From Raillietiella orientalis (Eukaryota): DNA of 64,000 nt. Positions 1 through 13,750 of this stretch are shown here, piece after piece. The notes beneath the pieces are model-generated. The model had not been told where the DNA came from, did no database searches, and was given only the letters and a program-made list of their open reading frames with translations. The translations under genes and the position numbers were made by a program. Numbering within the stretch: the first letter of the stretch is position 1; each line of letters opens with the position of its first letter. The stretch spans positions 11,284,001 through 11,348,000 of the forward strand of contig JAYWIR010000001.1 of the NCBI GenBank assembly GCA_036172245.1, in the 5' to 3' direction.

Positions 1-468
1 GATCAGGGTGGGCCTTGGGCTCAAGAACGCTGATGCAACTTTTTTTACGCTCGTTTACTTGTGCGCAAAGAGTTGGAATGACCTTGCTGCCGAGTGTACG
101 CAAAGCTGCCCCTTGTGCGCATCCGCAGATTTCTTAGCCATCATCCCATCTTCTCGGATAAGCGCACTAACACAGCGTGTTCAGGTACGTAACAAGGCAT
201 CTGGAAAAATAGATTGACAGCACGACAACATATGTGATAGGCAGGTCGCCAAACACATGCACTCCTCGTGTTACCCAGTTCCTCGTAGTTTCGACAAAAT
301 GTCCGGTGGAGGAATTTGGCACATGGAAACGGCGGGCTGCTTGCTCATTTACGTGACCGTGAGCACTGTTCCATAACCTGGTCATGGACCCTCCTCCCCG
401 TCTTAAACATATTGGAAAAATTTGCCTTTCGTTTGATACTTCAACAACAAGCAGCAGCGCACACGACA

Positions 469-493
469 ACACACACACACACACACACACACA
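469..493. repeat. (AC)n microsatellite
   Basis: Uninterrupted AC repeat of about 12 units, read directly. Confidence 0.95.
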
Positions 494-1441
494 TGCATGC
501 ACATGCACATGTAATGACAGGATGCCATGGTGTAGCTTAAACTACATGTGGCGATGACGACGTGAGAGCAAGAGACCTTTGTACAGTTTTGAAGATGTGT
601 GTACAGGCGCGAGTCATGTGCCATCATGGACTCACCATCTTCCTGACTAATCTAATCTCTTTACAAACTGTTATGGGTACTAAAGATATTGATGTATTCA
701 CAATACGTGTGATTTGCTTATCACTCATTGGAAACACTCATAAAGGATGACCGAGGGACGCTGAAGAAACGGAATGAGAAGGGATCCATTTTGAAGCTCA
801 GGGGGCAGTGGCAGCTCAGGTCGATAAAAGCGCGGCTACCCGTTCTGCGACCACTTTGGAAACTCCACGGTCTTCTCAATACGTGTTTCTTTCTTCCTCT
901 TCTTCTTTTTTTTTTTTTTTTTTGCAAACACGCAGTACGAGATATTCAGCTGTACGTTGAAACATTCATAATATTTACTATGAATCGTATTATTTTCATT
1001 ATTATGTATACGTATTTTTTGACTCACTTCTTCCGGCGAGAAATTGAAGATGACTTTTAGGAAACCGGTCGAGAGGACAAAGGGAAATCCCTTCCTGTTG
1101 ATTTGACCTCCCATGCGCTTACCCTTTCAGCGAACTCGGGGGGCCGACCTTTCCTCCCTCCTCCCTCTCGATGCGCGCTGGATGCCCACCACATCCATCC
1201 GTACTCCGCTCCGCGTGGCTCGCGAGCCGCTGTCTGGAAAGTCCTGTCCCCCGCACTGTCCGGCGGCCATGCGAACGTCGTCGATGCGCTTTCGAGCCCC
1301 CGAAGAAGACCGACCTTCTTCCCGAAAGCACCTTCCACATCCTTGCCGGATCGCTTGCGCCTCGTGACCTGGGCGCTTGCGATGTTTGCATTGGCGATTA
1401 TTATTTCTTCCCTCCCCCCTCCCCCTTTTTCGTTTTTCCAG

Positions 1442-4400
1442 ATAACCAGCTAGTGAACCTCAGAGGCCTGGACCAAGACCACGTGCCTTCGCTCCGCATA
1501 CTGGACGTGAGCCATAACAAACTGGTCGCAACCAGCGCGCTGCGCCTGCAGCATTTGGAAAAGATATACGCGGTAACTCCATTTCTCCTCCCTGCGTCCG
1601 AGCTCGCTCCGCTTAACAATGAGGGTCATCCAGAATTCTCTCCTGGCCTTGAAAAAGAAGTCGGCGGGAACGATTGTGCACACGTCGGCTATACGTGCGT
1701 TCCAGGGACGTTTCCGTCCGGTGCTGACGCCGTTCCCGCTGGAAGGCCGCTGCTGCCGCTTCCATAATTTACTTGCGACTCGACACCCGCATTCTCCGCT
1801 GCCGCGCGGATTTCCCAAAAACCACGCTTCCCCCCCCCCCTCTTTTCGCAGTAACCCGAGTCGCCCGGGAAGGCGTCCTCCTCCTCCTCCACCGGTGTTG
1901 CCGTCGCTCCCGCGAACGCTGCTTCGGGATCGGTCGGTCGGCTTCGGAAACGGGAGTTTCTGAGCCCGGGAAGGAGGCGTTTCCTTGCACCCCACCCACC
2001 AGCAGGGAGGGACACCAGGAGCAGGGTTTCCCGCCTGGCCCCAACGGAGACGACCGAGCACGTCGCGAACCTATGGGCAGGCTCCGAACCGCCGCACGGG
2101 TCTTGTGCGAAAGATCGAGACGGAGCAGCTCGGTAAGCAATCCTGGCCGTTTGAACCAGGACCGGCGCCAACCGGGATTCCTGTTGGGAAGACCAAGGCG
2201 CTTTCAAAAACATCCCCCCCCCCCCCATTTCCTCTACTGGAAGAAGCATCGAGCTCCCTTCGGGGTCATGGGAGAGGGAGAAAGGTTCGTCCTTTTTCGA
2301 GGAAGATGCCGCGCATTTCTGTTCGTATCGTACGCAGCTTGGTAAGGAACTTCGTACGGAAGCCGTGCCCGCAGTCTGAAAACGTCACGGAGAGGAATCG
2401 GGGGACGCATCCCGAAGCAGTTGAAAGGGTGGTAGAAGGAGGAAGGGAATCGGAGAACCGTTACATTTCGTAGGTAGGTTCCGCCTGCCATTGGGTTTGC
2501 GCGAACTTGCCGTCCTCCCGCGTCCGGCGAGCAAAAGTTCGAGGGTCCTGCTCGGGCTCGTGAAAAGAAAAAAAAAAAGTGCGGCAACCCCTTCGGATCG
2601 GTCGGGGGAAATCCCGCTCCGGGCTCCGAGCAAACCCGGAAGGTAGCAGCAGCAGCGACCCCCTCTGCGAAGGGGTGCGTGAGGAAGCGAAGGCCCGTTG
2701 CCAGAAGCTCAGCGTGAGCGAGAGCTCCGTGCCCGGGCGGGTCGCCGTCCTTTCCGTGCGTGGGAAACAACCCGGAAACAGAGGAGCCGGGGTGCAGCGG
2801 GACGATGCGCAACTGACGGAAGGACATGGCCGGCGCCAGCAGCAGCTTCCCCGGTTGCAAAACGACTTCTCCTTGTCCGAGATGGGAAGTTGCGGCAAGC
2901 CGGCCGCGTCGTCGTGCGCGGAGCGATCCTCGCGACCACGTACTCACACGTAGCTGCCTCCGACGCTCGCGCTGGGTCCCCCTCTGTCGGAATCACCCGG
3001 CCGGTAGCCTTCGAACCCACGTAAATGCACCATCCGTTTTCCGTTTCCAAAGTGCTCCTCCTGCTGCCTCGGAAAGTGCTCTGCCACTCGAAACGAAGGA
3101 AAGGGTAAGCCGAGAGTCTACTCGAAGCAGAAACAAGATGCTTTCTTGCGATTCTGTCACGTAAATCTGCGAGGCTTCGGTAATAATAGTTTCTTCGCGT
3201 GTGCATGTGTGCCCGGATGGTGGGTGACCCACATCTCCGTGAATGATGTCTCCGCTTTTTTGAATGCCTGCAGAGGTTCCTTTCCGCTTGACTTACAAAA
3301 AAAAAGAAAGAAAGAAAGAGGGAGGGAGAGAGAGAAAGAAGAAGAAAAGAAAACCCTTCGAGAGCTTTCCTCCTTGGAAAGCAGACCATCAGACGGCAAA
3401 ATTCATTTCGTTTCGAGGATTTATGCAGCGTGCCAGATAGTCGCCACCGATCCTCTTTCGCCCTGCTGCCCGAGTGTACCCCTTTTTCCTTGTCTGAGAG
3501 TAACGAGATTTGCCAGGTCCGAGGCGCTTGGGACGTGAGCTGCGTGTAACTCGAAGCACGCGGGAGGATCGGGAAAGAAGCAAAAAAAAAAAAGACAGAC
3601 ACAGAACCACACTATCGAGCTGGAACCGAAGCAGAGAGTGAAACAGGAAAAGGATGGAAAAGGAAACCCACTGCTGCCAAACTGCACCGCGCCCTCTTCC
3701 GATCGTTGGCCCGCGGCTTTGCCCTCTCTGCCTCCTCGCGTTTGAAGTCGATGAAGCGGGCGACTCGCACAGTCGCCGCCTCGCGCCTGTGGTGTTCCAC
3801 AGACAGGGGGTCGCAATCGAGTGTTGACAGCACCCTCGATCGTTTTTAGATGCGGAAAATCCCCTCCCTTCCCTGCGAGTCCTCCCCACAGAGTGGGCTC
3901 ACAGTTCCCTCGATCCAAAGAACTGACGATCTCACTTCGCAGTGTGACGTTGCCGAGGAAACGGGAGAGCAAGGAGGTGAAGCCAGGCGTGCGTTTCGTG
4001 GGTTTTAAAAAATCGTGTTGTTGCATAGCAAATGGCAGTGGGCACCTTTTCCTCCTCATCGTTTTCGAGACTGCGGTGTTCCTGTTTATCCCCGTGTTTA
4101 TTGTTTACGTTTCCATTTCTGAGAAACCTGAAGGAAAGACACCACATGTCGAGCATTAAAAAAAGAAAAAAAAAATTTTGTTCTGTTCGTGCTCGTCTAC
4201 CATCCCACTGAAATGAGAAACGATGTCGTTTTGGCGACATTCGCGTTCTTTGCTCTCTCGGCTCCTCCTCCGCGCGCAAAGCTTCTGGCCACTGATCAGC
4301 GAAAGAAAGCATTCCGTTTCACGAGCATCGAGCTTGCTACGCAGTGGTGATCTTCACAGAGTCCTCCACACAAAGCCAGCCACTCTTCCAAAAGTGGCTT

Positions 4401-7400
4401 CCCTGCCTGAAGAACCTTTTCATCTCTCGAAATCATCCAGGGCGCTAGGAAACGGAAACCAAACTCTCGAGTTCCTTGGTCTTTCAAAACAACGTTACGT
4501 AGACGACCGGGACTTTTCCACATATCATTTGGCAACACTGACAGAGAGGCAAATCATGAACGCCGCTCTTCTAACCCACGTAGTCCATTTTGCTTTACCG
4601 TGATTTTTGTCATGCACCTCAGACGGTTAGCCGCTACGGAGACTGATTCGAACTGTTGATCAATTAGAGCTTCAATCAGTTAGAGAAAGAAAAAAAGAAC
4701 GTTTCTGGCCATCCGAAACGTTCAAGCACACGACTGCACTCCGGGTTTTCACCGGGATCACTTCCTTCTTTCTCAAGTTAATTTCGCCGAAGTACCTGTA
4801 GCACCCTGCTGTTTATTGATGGCTGAAACTGAAAAACACGTTGAAGGGATGTTCCTCCTCCATTAGCACGATTGTGGTTTAACCTGAACCCATCTGTGAT
4901 CTCGTTCAAGTGTTATTTATCGATGACTCCATACACCAACCCTCAAGTAGGTTTTTCCCTCTCTCTCTCCCTCTCCAAAGGAAAAAAAAAAAAAAAAAAA
5001 AAAACCTAATGAGTGCCAACCACATAATTCGATTGCAATTTCGCGTGACATCCGATTAACGCAAATTGACAGTCTTCTTTGATCGGCGTACATGGAACAG
5101 GTACTCCCATTATCCTCTATTCATCTCCTGCAGTAACTCCATTCCGTATGATCGTTGTCAATGACAAAGAGACAGGCTCTACATCACAGTCACCGTGATT
5201 TACTTGCTTGCTACTCGTGCACGACAGACTGCATTCAAGTCCCCCCCGTCCACCCGCGTGTTCTCAAGTACATTTCCGCATGGCAGATCCAAAAACGAGA
5301 TGTGCTGCTCTCCGCAACCCCGATAGCACTTTGATTACCATTAGACCGGGGGTCAGCTGGAGCTTTTTCGAGTGGCTCGAATAACTTTTTATGATCGTTC
5401 TTACAAGGCGAAGCGACTGTAACATCATTTTCATTTTTTTACCTATTGCGAAACCAGTGATCAGCGGCGTGTTCTCTCGTTAGAGGAAGACTCGCTGCTG
5501 CTCACTTGGGACGAGTTAAAATGGCGTGTGTAGAATGCGGAGTGCAAACGAAGAGTGCGAAGACTCTAATCACCGAAAGGACCGAGGACAAGAGTTGTCC
5601 GGTTTACTTCCAGTTTTTTTTTTTTTTTAAAAAAAAAAAAACAAAAACAAAATTGCGAAGGCAGAAAGCCCTGGAAGGGGAAACAAAAATCAGCACAAAT
5701 AACAACCTGCTGGGGAATAAATGAAACTTGAGGAAGTATGTCCAGAACAGTACCTGGGTTCCAAAATGAGGAATTTTCCCACAAACAACGCTCACAGAAT
5801 CCGAATGCATTCATTAGCTATTGAGTGAGGAAAGCTTATCACAGAGAAAGCTCAAAGCACAGGTCAAAGAAAGGGGGGGGAGGGAAAAGGTGGAGAAAAA
5901 AATACAGCGTGGAGTTCAAAGGTGGATGCCTTCCCAACACACACTCACAGCAACTGGAGAACGAGGAGGAAAAAAAAAAAATTCCTGGCAGGAGTATACC
6001 GATTTCGGGGTATAGCATCGAAGACCATGCCAACTGGAAGGACGAGGATAAAGGCGTACAGTACAGTGCAATCACAGAACGCAATGAGCGCCCTTCAGCT
6101 CGGTCGCCTTTCCGCATCAACTAAGAAACGCAGCTGAAGTGCAGCGCTCTGATGTAAACTCGTTGAAAAGAGGGAGGCAGTTAAAAGACGCATGTTCTCT
6201 TGTGACGACTGAAAAGTCACAGGGCAAACACAGTAGCCCTTTGCAAGCCAGATGCAAGATTGAGCCTCATCCCTTTCGAAGTTTTTTTTTCCAGCCGGTT
6301 CTCCGGATTGTAGGTTCTCGGTATTTGCCAGCTCCGTAAGTGAACCAGAAGGACATTTGTTGCATTTTACCGGATGATCTTGCAGACGTCTTTTGGAAGA
6401 ATGTAGAGACAGTTTGCTTGATCACCAAGCTCTCGATATCTCTTCCGGAGGACTCAAGCCTACATGACTGACTTTCAGCGAGAAAAGTGGAAAAACAAAA
6501 ACAAAGCAAAGCAGAACAATCTTGATAGTGGCATGAAGTTTGAAAACTTGAATCAATATATATATATATATATATATATAAAAGAGAGGGGAGGGGAGGG
6601 AGATGTTACGCGGTCAATTGTAGGGCGCACTCTTTCAGTTTTCCACTCTTATGAATTTTGCCCCCCAGTGATGAATGCAACCGGTCGTAAGACAGCAGGC
6701 ATCTTGCACGATTAGTCCTAAACAGAACAGCGGATTTCGCATCCCGTTGGAAAACTTTGGGGAAGGACTAAAGGAATTTTGAAACTGCTTAGGATTTCAC
6801 TTATCCATTCACTAAACACCAACCGCTGATTCCATGGTAAACTTGTCTTCGTCAGCTCAAAAGTTTTTCAATCCAGAAGTAGCCGGGTGCTACTGTCCTG
6901 CGGTTCCGTGCGTGCATCCTGTATTCAGGACCCCCGTTCGTATCGGTGGTGCAGATGTCATCATCCCCACCAGTACGAATGTGCAGTATCGACCCAAATT
7001 TTCCTTTCGCCTGGCTGCCATCCCGTTCCACATGAACCCAAGGCACACAGATTGCTTTTTTTCTTGTTTTTCGAATACCAAACAGCAATCCTTAGGAACA
7101 AATGGATCGTTCGCAACGTAATACACCAACTTCGTTGGTCATATAGATCCCTCTTTGCTTTCCACGTTTCATAAATTATAAACCATTTCAAAAAAAAAAA
7201 AAAGGATTGATAATGGTAACCCTCGGCACGATGGAATACTCTCACTTCTTAATAAATTCGATGCAAGTGTGAAAAGGTCTTTGCAAAGAGCATTGAGGTC
7301 AAACTAAATTCCACTGGAAAAAAATAAATAAAAAAATCAGGCAGTGAACATTTAATGAATCTGGTGAAAGCGGATAAGAACGCACAGTCACTATTTGAAC

Positions 7401-8032
7401 CACGCAAAATAGAGACTGTCATTCTTGGACTCCATCAAGTTCATGCCTCAACAAGCAAGCAAAAAAGTACAACGGAAACTCTAGGCCAACATCATCATCT
7501 CATCACCTCACTTCAGCAGGTTGCAAAGAAACTGAACTATACCCAAATGTTTCAGGCAGATAACCTTTTGGCCAACCTTGCGCTGATGCATTTACCCAAA
7601 CTTCAACTGGTTCATGCGAGGAACAATACCATAGTGGCATTAGACCACATGAAAAATCTACCAGAGTTGCAGTACCTGAATGTTCGGTAAGAGCAACCAA
7701 TTCCGGAATGACAAAACTGGTGCCGCAGAGACAATAATCTGGAAGATTTAGGTGAGATAGAAAACCTGAAGCAGTTCCCAAAACTCAAAATACTAGTCGC
7801 ACAAAACAATCCGTGGGACCATGATGACTACAGGTAAGCTGAATGTTTAGACAAGGGATGATGGTGGTGGAATGCTAGATTCATAGTCCTATCACACTTG
7901 CCAAATCTGGCACGCCTAGATAAAAATGCAGTAGTTCCAGAGGAACTAGAGGAAGCACAAAACTGGTTCAAACTGAATGAACAGCTTTCTCCAGATGCTG
8001 CAGGAAGAGAGGAAGATGAACAAAGCACTTAG
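1442..8032 (+). CDS. LRRC23: Leucine-rich repeat protein 23 (axonemal/radial-spoke associated), last four coding exons; no 5' exons found in the window
   Basis: GT-AG exons 1442-1572, 7556-7686, 7729-7833 and 7879-8032 splice in phase to xNQLVNLRGLDQDHVPSLRILDVSHNKLVATSALRLQHLEKIYA-ADNLLANLALMHLPKLQLVHARNNTIVALDHMKNLPELQYLNVR-DNNLEDLGEIENLKQFPKLKILVAQNNPWDHDDYR-FIVLSHLPNLARLDKNAVVPEELEEAQ...EQST*. SDS22-type LRRs plus an LRR cap, colinear with the LRRC23 C-terminal half as recalled. Confidence 0.8.
6556..6580. repeat. (AT)n microsatellite
   Basis: Perfect AT repeat inside the large LRRC23 intron. Confidence 0.9.
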
Positions 8033-8047
8033 AGCACTCATTATTTA

Positions 8048-9278
8048 TTAGATGTCCAGGTCATCATCTGGATCTTCAGGATCCCAGTCATCTTGTTCTT
8101 CAAATTCATAAACAATGCAGCCACTTTGTGTTTGTTTCCTGCAATACATGTTTTACCATTGTGGATAATCATTTTGTTATCCGCTTATCTTAATAAAATA
8201 CACTGCAATGAAATTCATAACAGAAAAGTGCATTTGAATGACCAAAGTTTAACTGCAACCCATTCCTATACCTGAGATGTGGAAGAATCAGTTGATCCCT
8301 ATCTTCTTTTTCTCTTTCTGACAGCTGCAGTCTAAATGACAAACTACCAATTGCATGCAGAGGATCAGACTTGATGAATGCCTCACTGTCCTGCCTCACT
8401 TCAGGCTGCAGATGGTAATGAGTTGAAATCACCATCTGGCATTCCTATTCCTATCATGTACCAACAAGATATGCTCCTTGCTTGACCTTACTTGCTGCAT
8501 GAATTTTCCTTTGGGCTTCTTATGGCGGACTTTACAAGTGAACATATTCTGTGTTTCACTTGGTATTAGTGAGATTACGGTCTGATGATATCTCCTTAAA
8601 ATGTTTTTCTGTATTGATGCCTGACCTTCCTCTACAAATAAAGATACCATCTGTAGCTGGTGAGTCACAGAGGCGAGCTGCGAATACTTCTTTAACAGTT
8701 TACAGGCAAACATTGTAGTAAAATGAAGAAGAACTGAATTCAGAGCATTGAGGACAATGAGTTTAGGACTGCCGCCATCTTGTAAAGCGAAGAGGAGTTC
8801 TGGACATTGCAATTCATCAGGCCCAACTTTTTTCTGTCTAACATTGCCAACCAGTTCGCTGAACATCAAGTTTTCTTTACAAAGATTAGCTTTTGCCATT
8901 TTGATCACATACATTGGTGGTTCTCCAAAACAATCATAAATCCTGACTTTTGAACTGGGTAATTGGATTAGCAGTTTTTCAGCAGGTACATCAAATGTAA
9001 CATAATGTACATCCCATTCTCTTTGCAGTCTCTGCCGTATCAAAGTTTCCAAAAACAATCTCCCCAAATACACCGTTTCACCTGTAAAACTTACTTGCTA
9101 TTTCTTATAAGATAACATTGCCCGTTCATAATTCTGTTTCGAATATTGGTGCACTTAGAACACTGATTCAGTCGGGAAAAAAAAAAAAAAAACGTGCATA
9201 CCCATTACACTTACTGGTAATTAATATACTGCTTGTAGAATTCTTTCCTGAGACCAAATCCGCACACAAATTCGACAT
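8048..9278 (-). CDS. ELP5: Elongator complex protein 5
   Basis: ATG at 9278 (MSNLCADLVSGKNSTSSILIT), intron 9082-9214, then ...YLGRLFLETLIRQ...VHYVTFD...KLIVLNALNSVLLH...HKKPKGK. Next exon ...LSFRLQLSEREKEDRDQLILPH, intron 8139-8271, terminal exon ...IVYEFEEQDDWDPEDPDDDLDI*, the characteristic ELP5 acidic end. Probable in-frame 54-nt intron at 8859-8912. Confidence 0.9.
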
Positions 9279-12200
9279 GATACCACGATACAGAGATTTC
9301 CTTGCTGGTGGTACTGCTTCACTTTTCCGGCAGCCGCACGACAGGCATGGGACGGCACCGCCGCTGCCCGTCTCTGCCAGCGAGAACCATCGCCGCGGAC
9401 GGACACTTCCGTGTCTTCACACGTAAAGCAGGCCCGGGCGAGGCAATGAACACACACACTGCACGCGAGTGCACGTGCACACACGAATCCTTCCCCGAAA
9501 GTTGCCCGCAGTTGACTTATTCAGAGGAGTCGAGAGCAGCGAAGGGCTTCAGCAGGTTACGCGTGGCTCCCAGCAAACCACGCGCTGCTCCTGGTCTGGC
9601 AGGAATTGGGCATAGAGAAATGCTGGTTCGCAGCTTCGTCTTCCAAACTTACATTCAAACACCTTTCTAGCGTTTCCTCGTCAACACCAACTTCCATTGC
9701 TCCTTTTTCGGTTCGCTCAGCTTTCAAAGGAACTCGTTTTCTTTTCCATCCAGCAGCAGATCCTAGGAGAACCTATGTTTTTCATCATCCTTCGCCATCC
9801 GACAGGACCTTTTTTGATCGGTTTCACAACTAAAATGCAATTACGATCGATTTCAGTATTTAAAAGCTCAGGCATTGGCCATCTTTCCTGCGTTTGGTCG
9901 ATCTGCAGATCGGTCGATCCGGGAGAAAGAATGGAAAAAAAACAAGCAGGGACCCAGGCTCTACAGCAGCCTGGAGATATCTTCCAGAAAGGGTGCGCAA
10001 GGACGACAAGAAAAGAAGGAACCCCTCCCCTCCTGCCCATGGGGGGCGCGGGAAGGTAGGACCTGCGGGACCCGGTCTCCCACTGCGCGGGTCCGAAACT
10101 GGCCTGGACGGAAGCAATCACTTGGAGGGCGACCGTGGAAGAGGAAGGGAAAGGCATCCTCATCTTCAGGCTTTCTTCGCCTTGGCAAAAGAGACAAGGT
10201 CGGTGGCCCTTCTGCCAGGACAAACTGCTCGTTCATCATTTGCTTTTCTGGAAGCCTCGAGCTTAAGAAGAGCAGATGAACATCTGGACGAAGGCAACCT
10301 TTCCCACTCCTCTAGAGACATTCCCTTCCTCGGGATGCCTTCATCCGAACCCCTTTCCTCGCCTCCCTTCCTCCTCCCCCCCCCCCCACTACTTTTCCAG
10401 ACGCCTTTGAAAATTTTTCACCGATTTTTCAGCGATTCCTTCTGAGAAGATTCTTTTTGGGTCTTCATGCACTCAGTGGTCCAGTTGACTATCCCTCTTT
10501 CCTCTCGTTCGAGGTCCGTGCGGGTGATCCCTCCGTGCTCCGCATTCCCCCGCGCACTGGAGGAGTCCACTCGGGTCTCCGGGGTTCCGGGAATGGAAAG
10601 CGGCCTCCGTCTCCTCTTGGATCGAAGAAACGCACGCAAGGATTCGGGTCCTTCCGTTCCGAACCGAGACGATCATCGAGTCGCCCTCCCTCTCCCCGGA
10701 GACCGTAGTTTCGAAAGCCAAAGGAACTGGCGCGGACGCCCTCGTCTTGGAACTGAAGAGGACGGCATTCTTTCCGTGACCCTTCCTTTCCCTTGGGAAA
10801 CACGCAGCGTTCCCGAGCGCAGATGGCTGGCGATCTTCGAGGGAAGCGATCCCGTTGTTCGCTGTACCTCGTTCGTGTGCCTATGCCGCCGCGTGAAGGG
10901 TCAGACCAACCACGTCCTCGAGTGCAGTGCGTGCCGCGAGTCGCCACGGAAAATTCGCAGCCTGTAATTGACGCCCAAATTACGGAACGTTTTCCTTAAA
11001 TTTTCTAGAGATTCAGGAAATCACTCCAAATAAATACGGGTCGCACTTTTCAGACTTCCGAACCAGCATCCTTGCTCTTTCCAGGAGCGCCTGTTTTCTG
11101 ATTTCTTGTTGAGAACCAACAGTGGACTTGCCACCTTCTAAGCAGGAGTGGCTATTTTTGAATGCAAGTGCCAAGTGCTTCTGTGTTTGGTTGAACTCTG
11201 CTGTATTTCTGCTTGTTTATTGCACCCCCTCTGCGCTCTTCAGGGTGGGACCCCCGAAGACTGACTAAACAGAAGACTTGGGAACTCCCGTTCCTGCATG
11301 TGCTCTTGTTCACTTCCTACTTGTATTCGAGTGATTTTGCTGACGAGAAATGCGCAGACGTCACCTGGCGAACCTAGGTGAGTGCTCCAGTTCAGATCAC
11401 ATGACAGTCTGTCTTCAAAAAAATTGACTTTCGCGTCTACTCCTCGAATCTCGATAATACTGAAAACTTTTGATTATCAGAAACCACTGCCTTCGGTTTC
11501 TGGAGTGCGAGCATTGGATTCCCTGTCGATTTTTGCCTGAGGATTAGTCGTGTGGCTGGTTCTGAAAAATCAATTCATTCAGAATCAATTCGTGGTTCTG
11601 AAGAATCAATGCAGCACCACGAAAAGTGTTGCTAACGTCTTTTGGTTGAATGCAGTATATTTTCTTGGTCTCACTAAAACTTTTTAGCCCTTTCACTGAT
11701 AGGCTGTTGTCAAGAAAGGGCTTTCCCAATATGCTCATAATCCCTTTTCTTGTTAGTAACTTGGCATCATTGCCACAGGCTAGTAAACAGATCTTCGTTA
11801 CACAGCTGTTTAGCTCCTTAATCATGTAAATTTGCTGCTCCTTTAGTTATCGGACTTGGTGTATCCACTTTATCCATCGCCCTTCGGTTGTACGGGACCC
11901 GTAGATAAAAATAGAGACTGCTGATGACACTTTTTGGAATTACCCTGAAGCGTGTGGCATCCATTACGATGGCGAAAAACATGGTATTGCTTTTCTAGCA
12001 GATTCGAATTTGTTTCCCATTCAAAGAGTGAAAGCTTCGAGAACATATTTGGATTCCCATTGATCACTCTTGTAGGGGCGATTCCAAAAATGGAGTTTTC
12101 CGACCCATCGGTGCGCGCGAACCTCAGATCGCAACCCACAGTGCACTGCTTTTGAGAGGACCTGAGCTTTCCATCCCCTGGCCAGCAAAGTTCAAATTAG

Positions 12201-13019
12201 CCTGGAAGCTGTGCCCAGGGGTTTTCGTCCGAGCAACGGCATGCATCTTCGTGGGTATCCCGGGAATTTGCATCCCGGGACGTCCGGCCCACGCGGAGTG
12301 GCTCGTGCGGGCTTCGCCGCAAAAGTCGTCGGGCCGAAAGAAAGAAAGAAAAACGACATCGGGGGGAGGGGGGAGGGAAGAGAGAGGGGAAGACCTGCAG
12401 CTGAAGACGGTAATGGGGGACCGCTCACACATCAGCGAATCGAACGCTCCACGAACCTCGCGTTTATCCACGCATGCTGAGACGGCCGTAAATGCACGTG
12501 AAAGCGACGATTTACGTTGCCGCCGCAACTCGCTGCTCGGGAGCGCACGGGAGACCAAGATGGGCTCCAGGGGGTTTGCTGCATCCCGACTGCACCAAGA
12601 GATCCCCGAGGTAAAGGGCGCTGCTGACCATTTCAAGTGGTGACCATCTTCCAAGATGTGCGAAAGTTCGACTCCACACGCTAAAGGCAGTGTTGCTCCT
12701 TTGAGTGGGAAACGTCGGGATGCACGGATCCAACGTTGCATCCCTTAAGTTTTTATCTGATGAATTAAAATGCAAAACGCAGTTGGTGGTTTTCGTTTCC
12801 TGTGGTCGGCAAGTATCATGTAAAAAAGTTTTGGAACGAATCCGGTGCACAAATTAAAGTTTTTTATGCATTCATGTAGTTTTCAAAGTTCGTGTGCAGA
12901 AAAGCGTTTGAATACGATGGCTGTTTGAAAATGACTCCAACTTATTTCAGGTTTTAAGCAGTTATGTAGGTTCAAAAAATGGACTGAATAATTGGCCCGA
13001 ATGTTAAATACATACAGTG

Positions 13020-13750
13020 ATGGACAGTGTAGTGTTTCTTGCAATAACTGTGTTAGCAGTAATTTTTTTGGGTTCTTTAATTATTTTAATATGCATCTGC
13101 AAGTATAAGATGTTGCAAAAGAAGGATGAATATTCGAAACATCTCCTGGAACCCAAGTTACTTTTCATTCCATATTAAATGAATGCTAATTACTTTCATT
13201 CCAGCCAAGAGGATGCACTACCACAAAAAATTGATGTTGAGCTAGATGATATATTATTTTATCCAGAGCTGGAAAATGTTTTCCGAAATGCCAAATGGGT
13301 TGAAGAGGCTCCTGAATTATTTGAACATTCCCTTGCAATTTTGAAAATTTGCCACCTTATCTTGGAACACATATTTCACTCTTCCTGGGATAGTTTAAGC
13401 AAAAATAGTGCAACCCAAATAATGCAGGTATTACATGTTGTAACTGCTAATTGTGTTTTCTTCTTCCTTCATGAACATAGGCAGCTAAAGCCATTTCTGG
13501 ACGAGTTGATGCCATGGTGAGGGCTATGTATCCTGAACTCAATTCTGAACTTTTAGAAGCCCATGCTACAGCATTAATAATGACAGTTGTGAATTTAGGC
13601 TTACTTTCCAACATATTTACTAACAAGCCCAAAAAAAAAATATTTGAACAATTATTGCAAGATATGGAGGGACATGCAATGGTAAATAATTCATACTAAC
13701 ATCTGATTCTAGATGTATTCTAGATGCTAAGACCACAGAAACTTGTATAA
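13020..13750 (+). CDS. TMEM98: Transmembrane protein 98
   Basis: Exons 13020-13156, 13205-13427, 13481-13681 and 13724-13750. N-terminal TM helix MDSVVFLAITVLAVIFLGSLIILICIC, then VELDDI...WVEEA..LFEHSLAILKICH and AKAISGRVDAMVRAMYP..LLEAHATAL, matching recalled TMEM98 motifs (ELDDV, HCIAILKICH, RVDDVVKSMYP). Last exon uncertain; unspliced alternative stops at 13699. Confidence 0.88.

Noticed and set aside
11544..12139. Short minus-strand ORFs between ELP5 and TMEM98
   Set aside because: Could not be joined into a coherent gene model; no family recognised.
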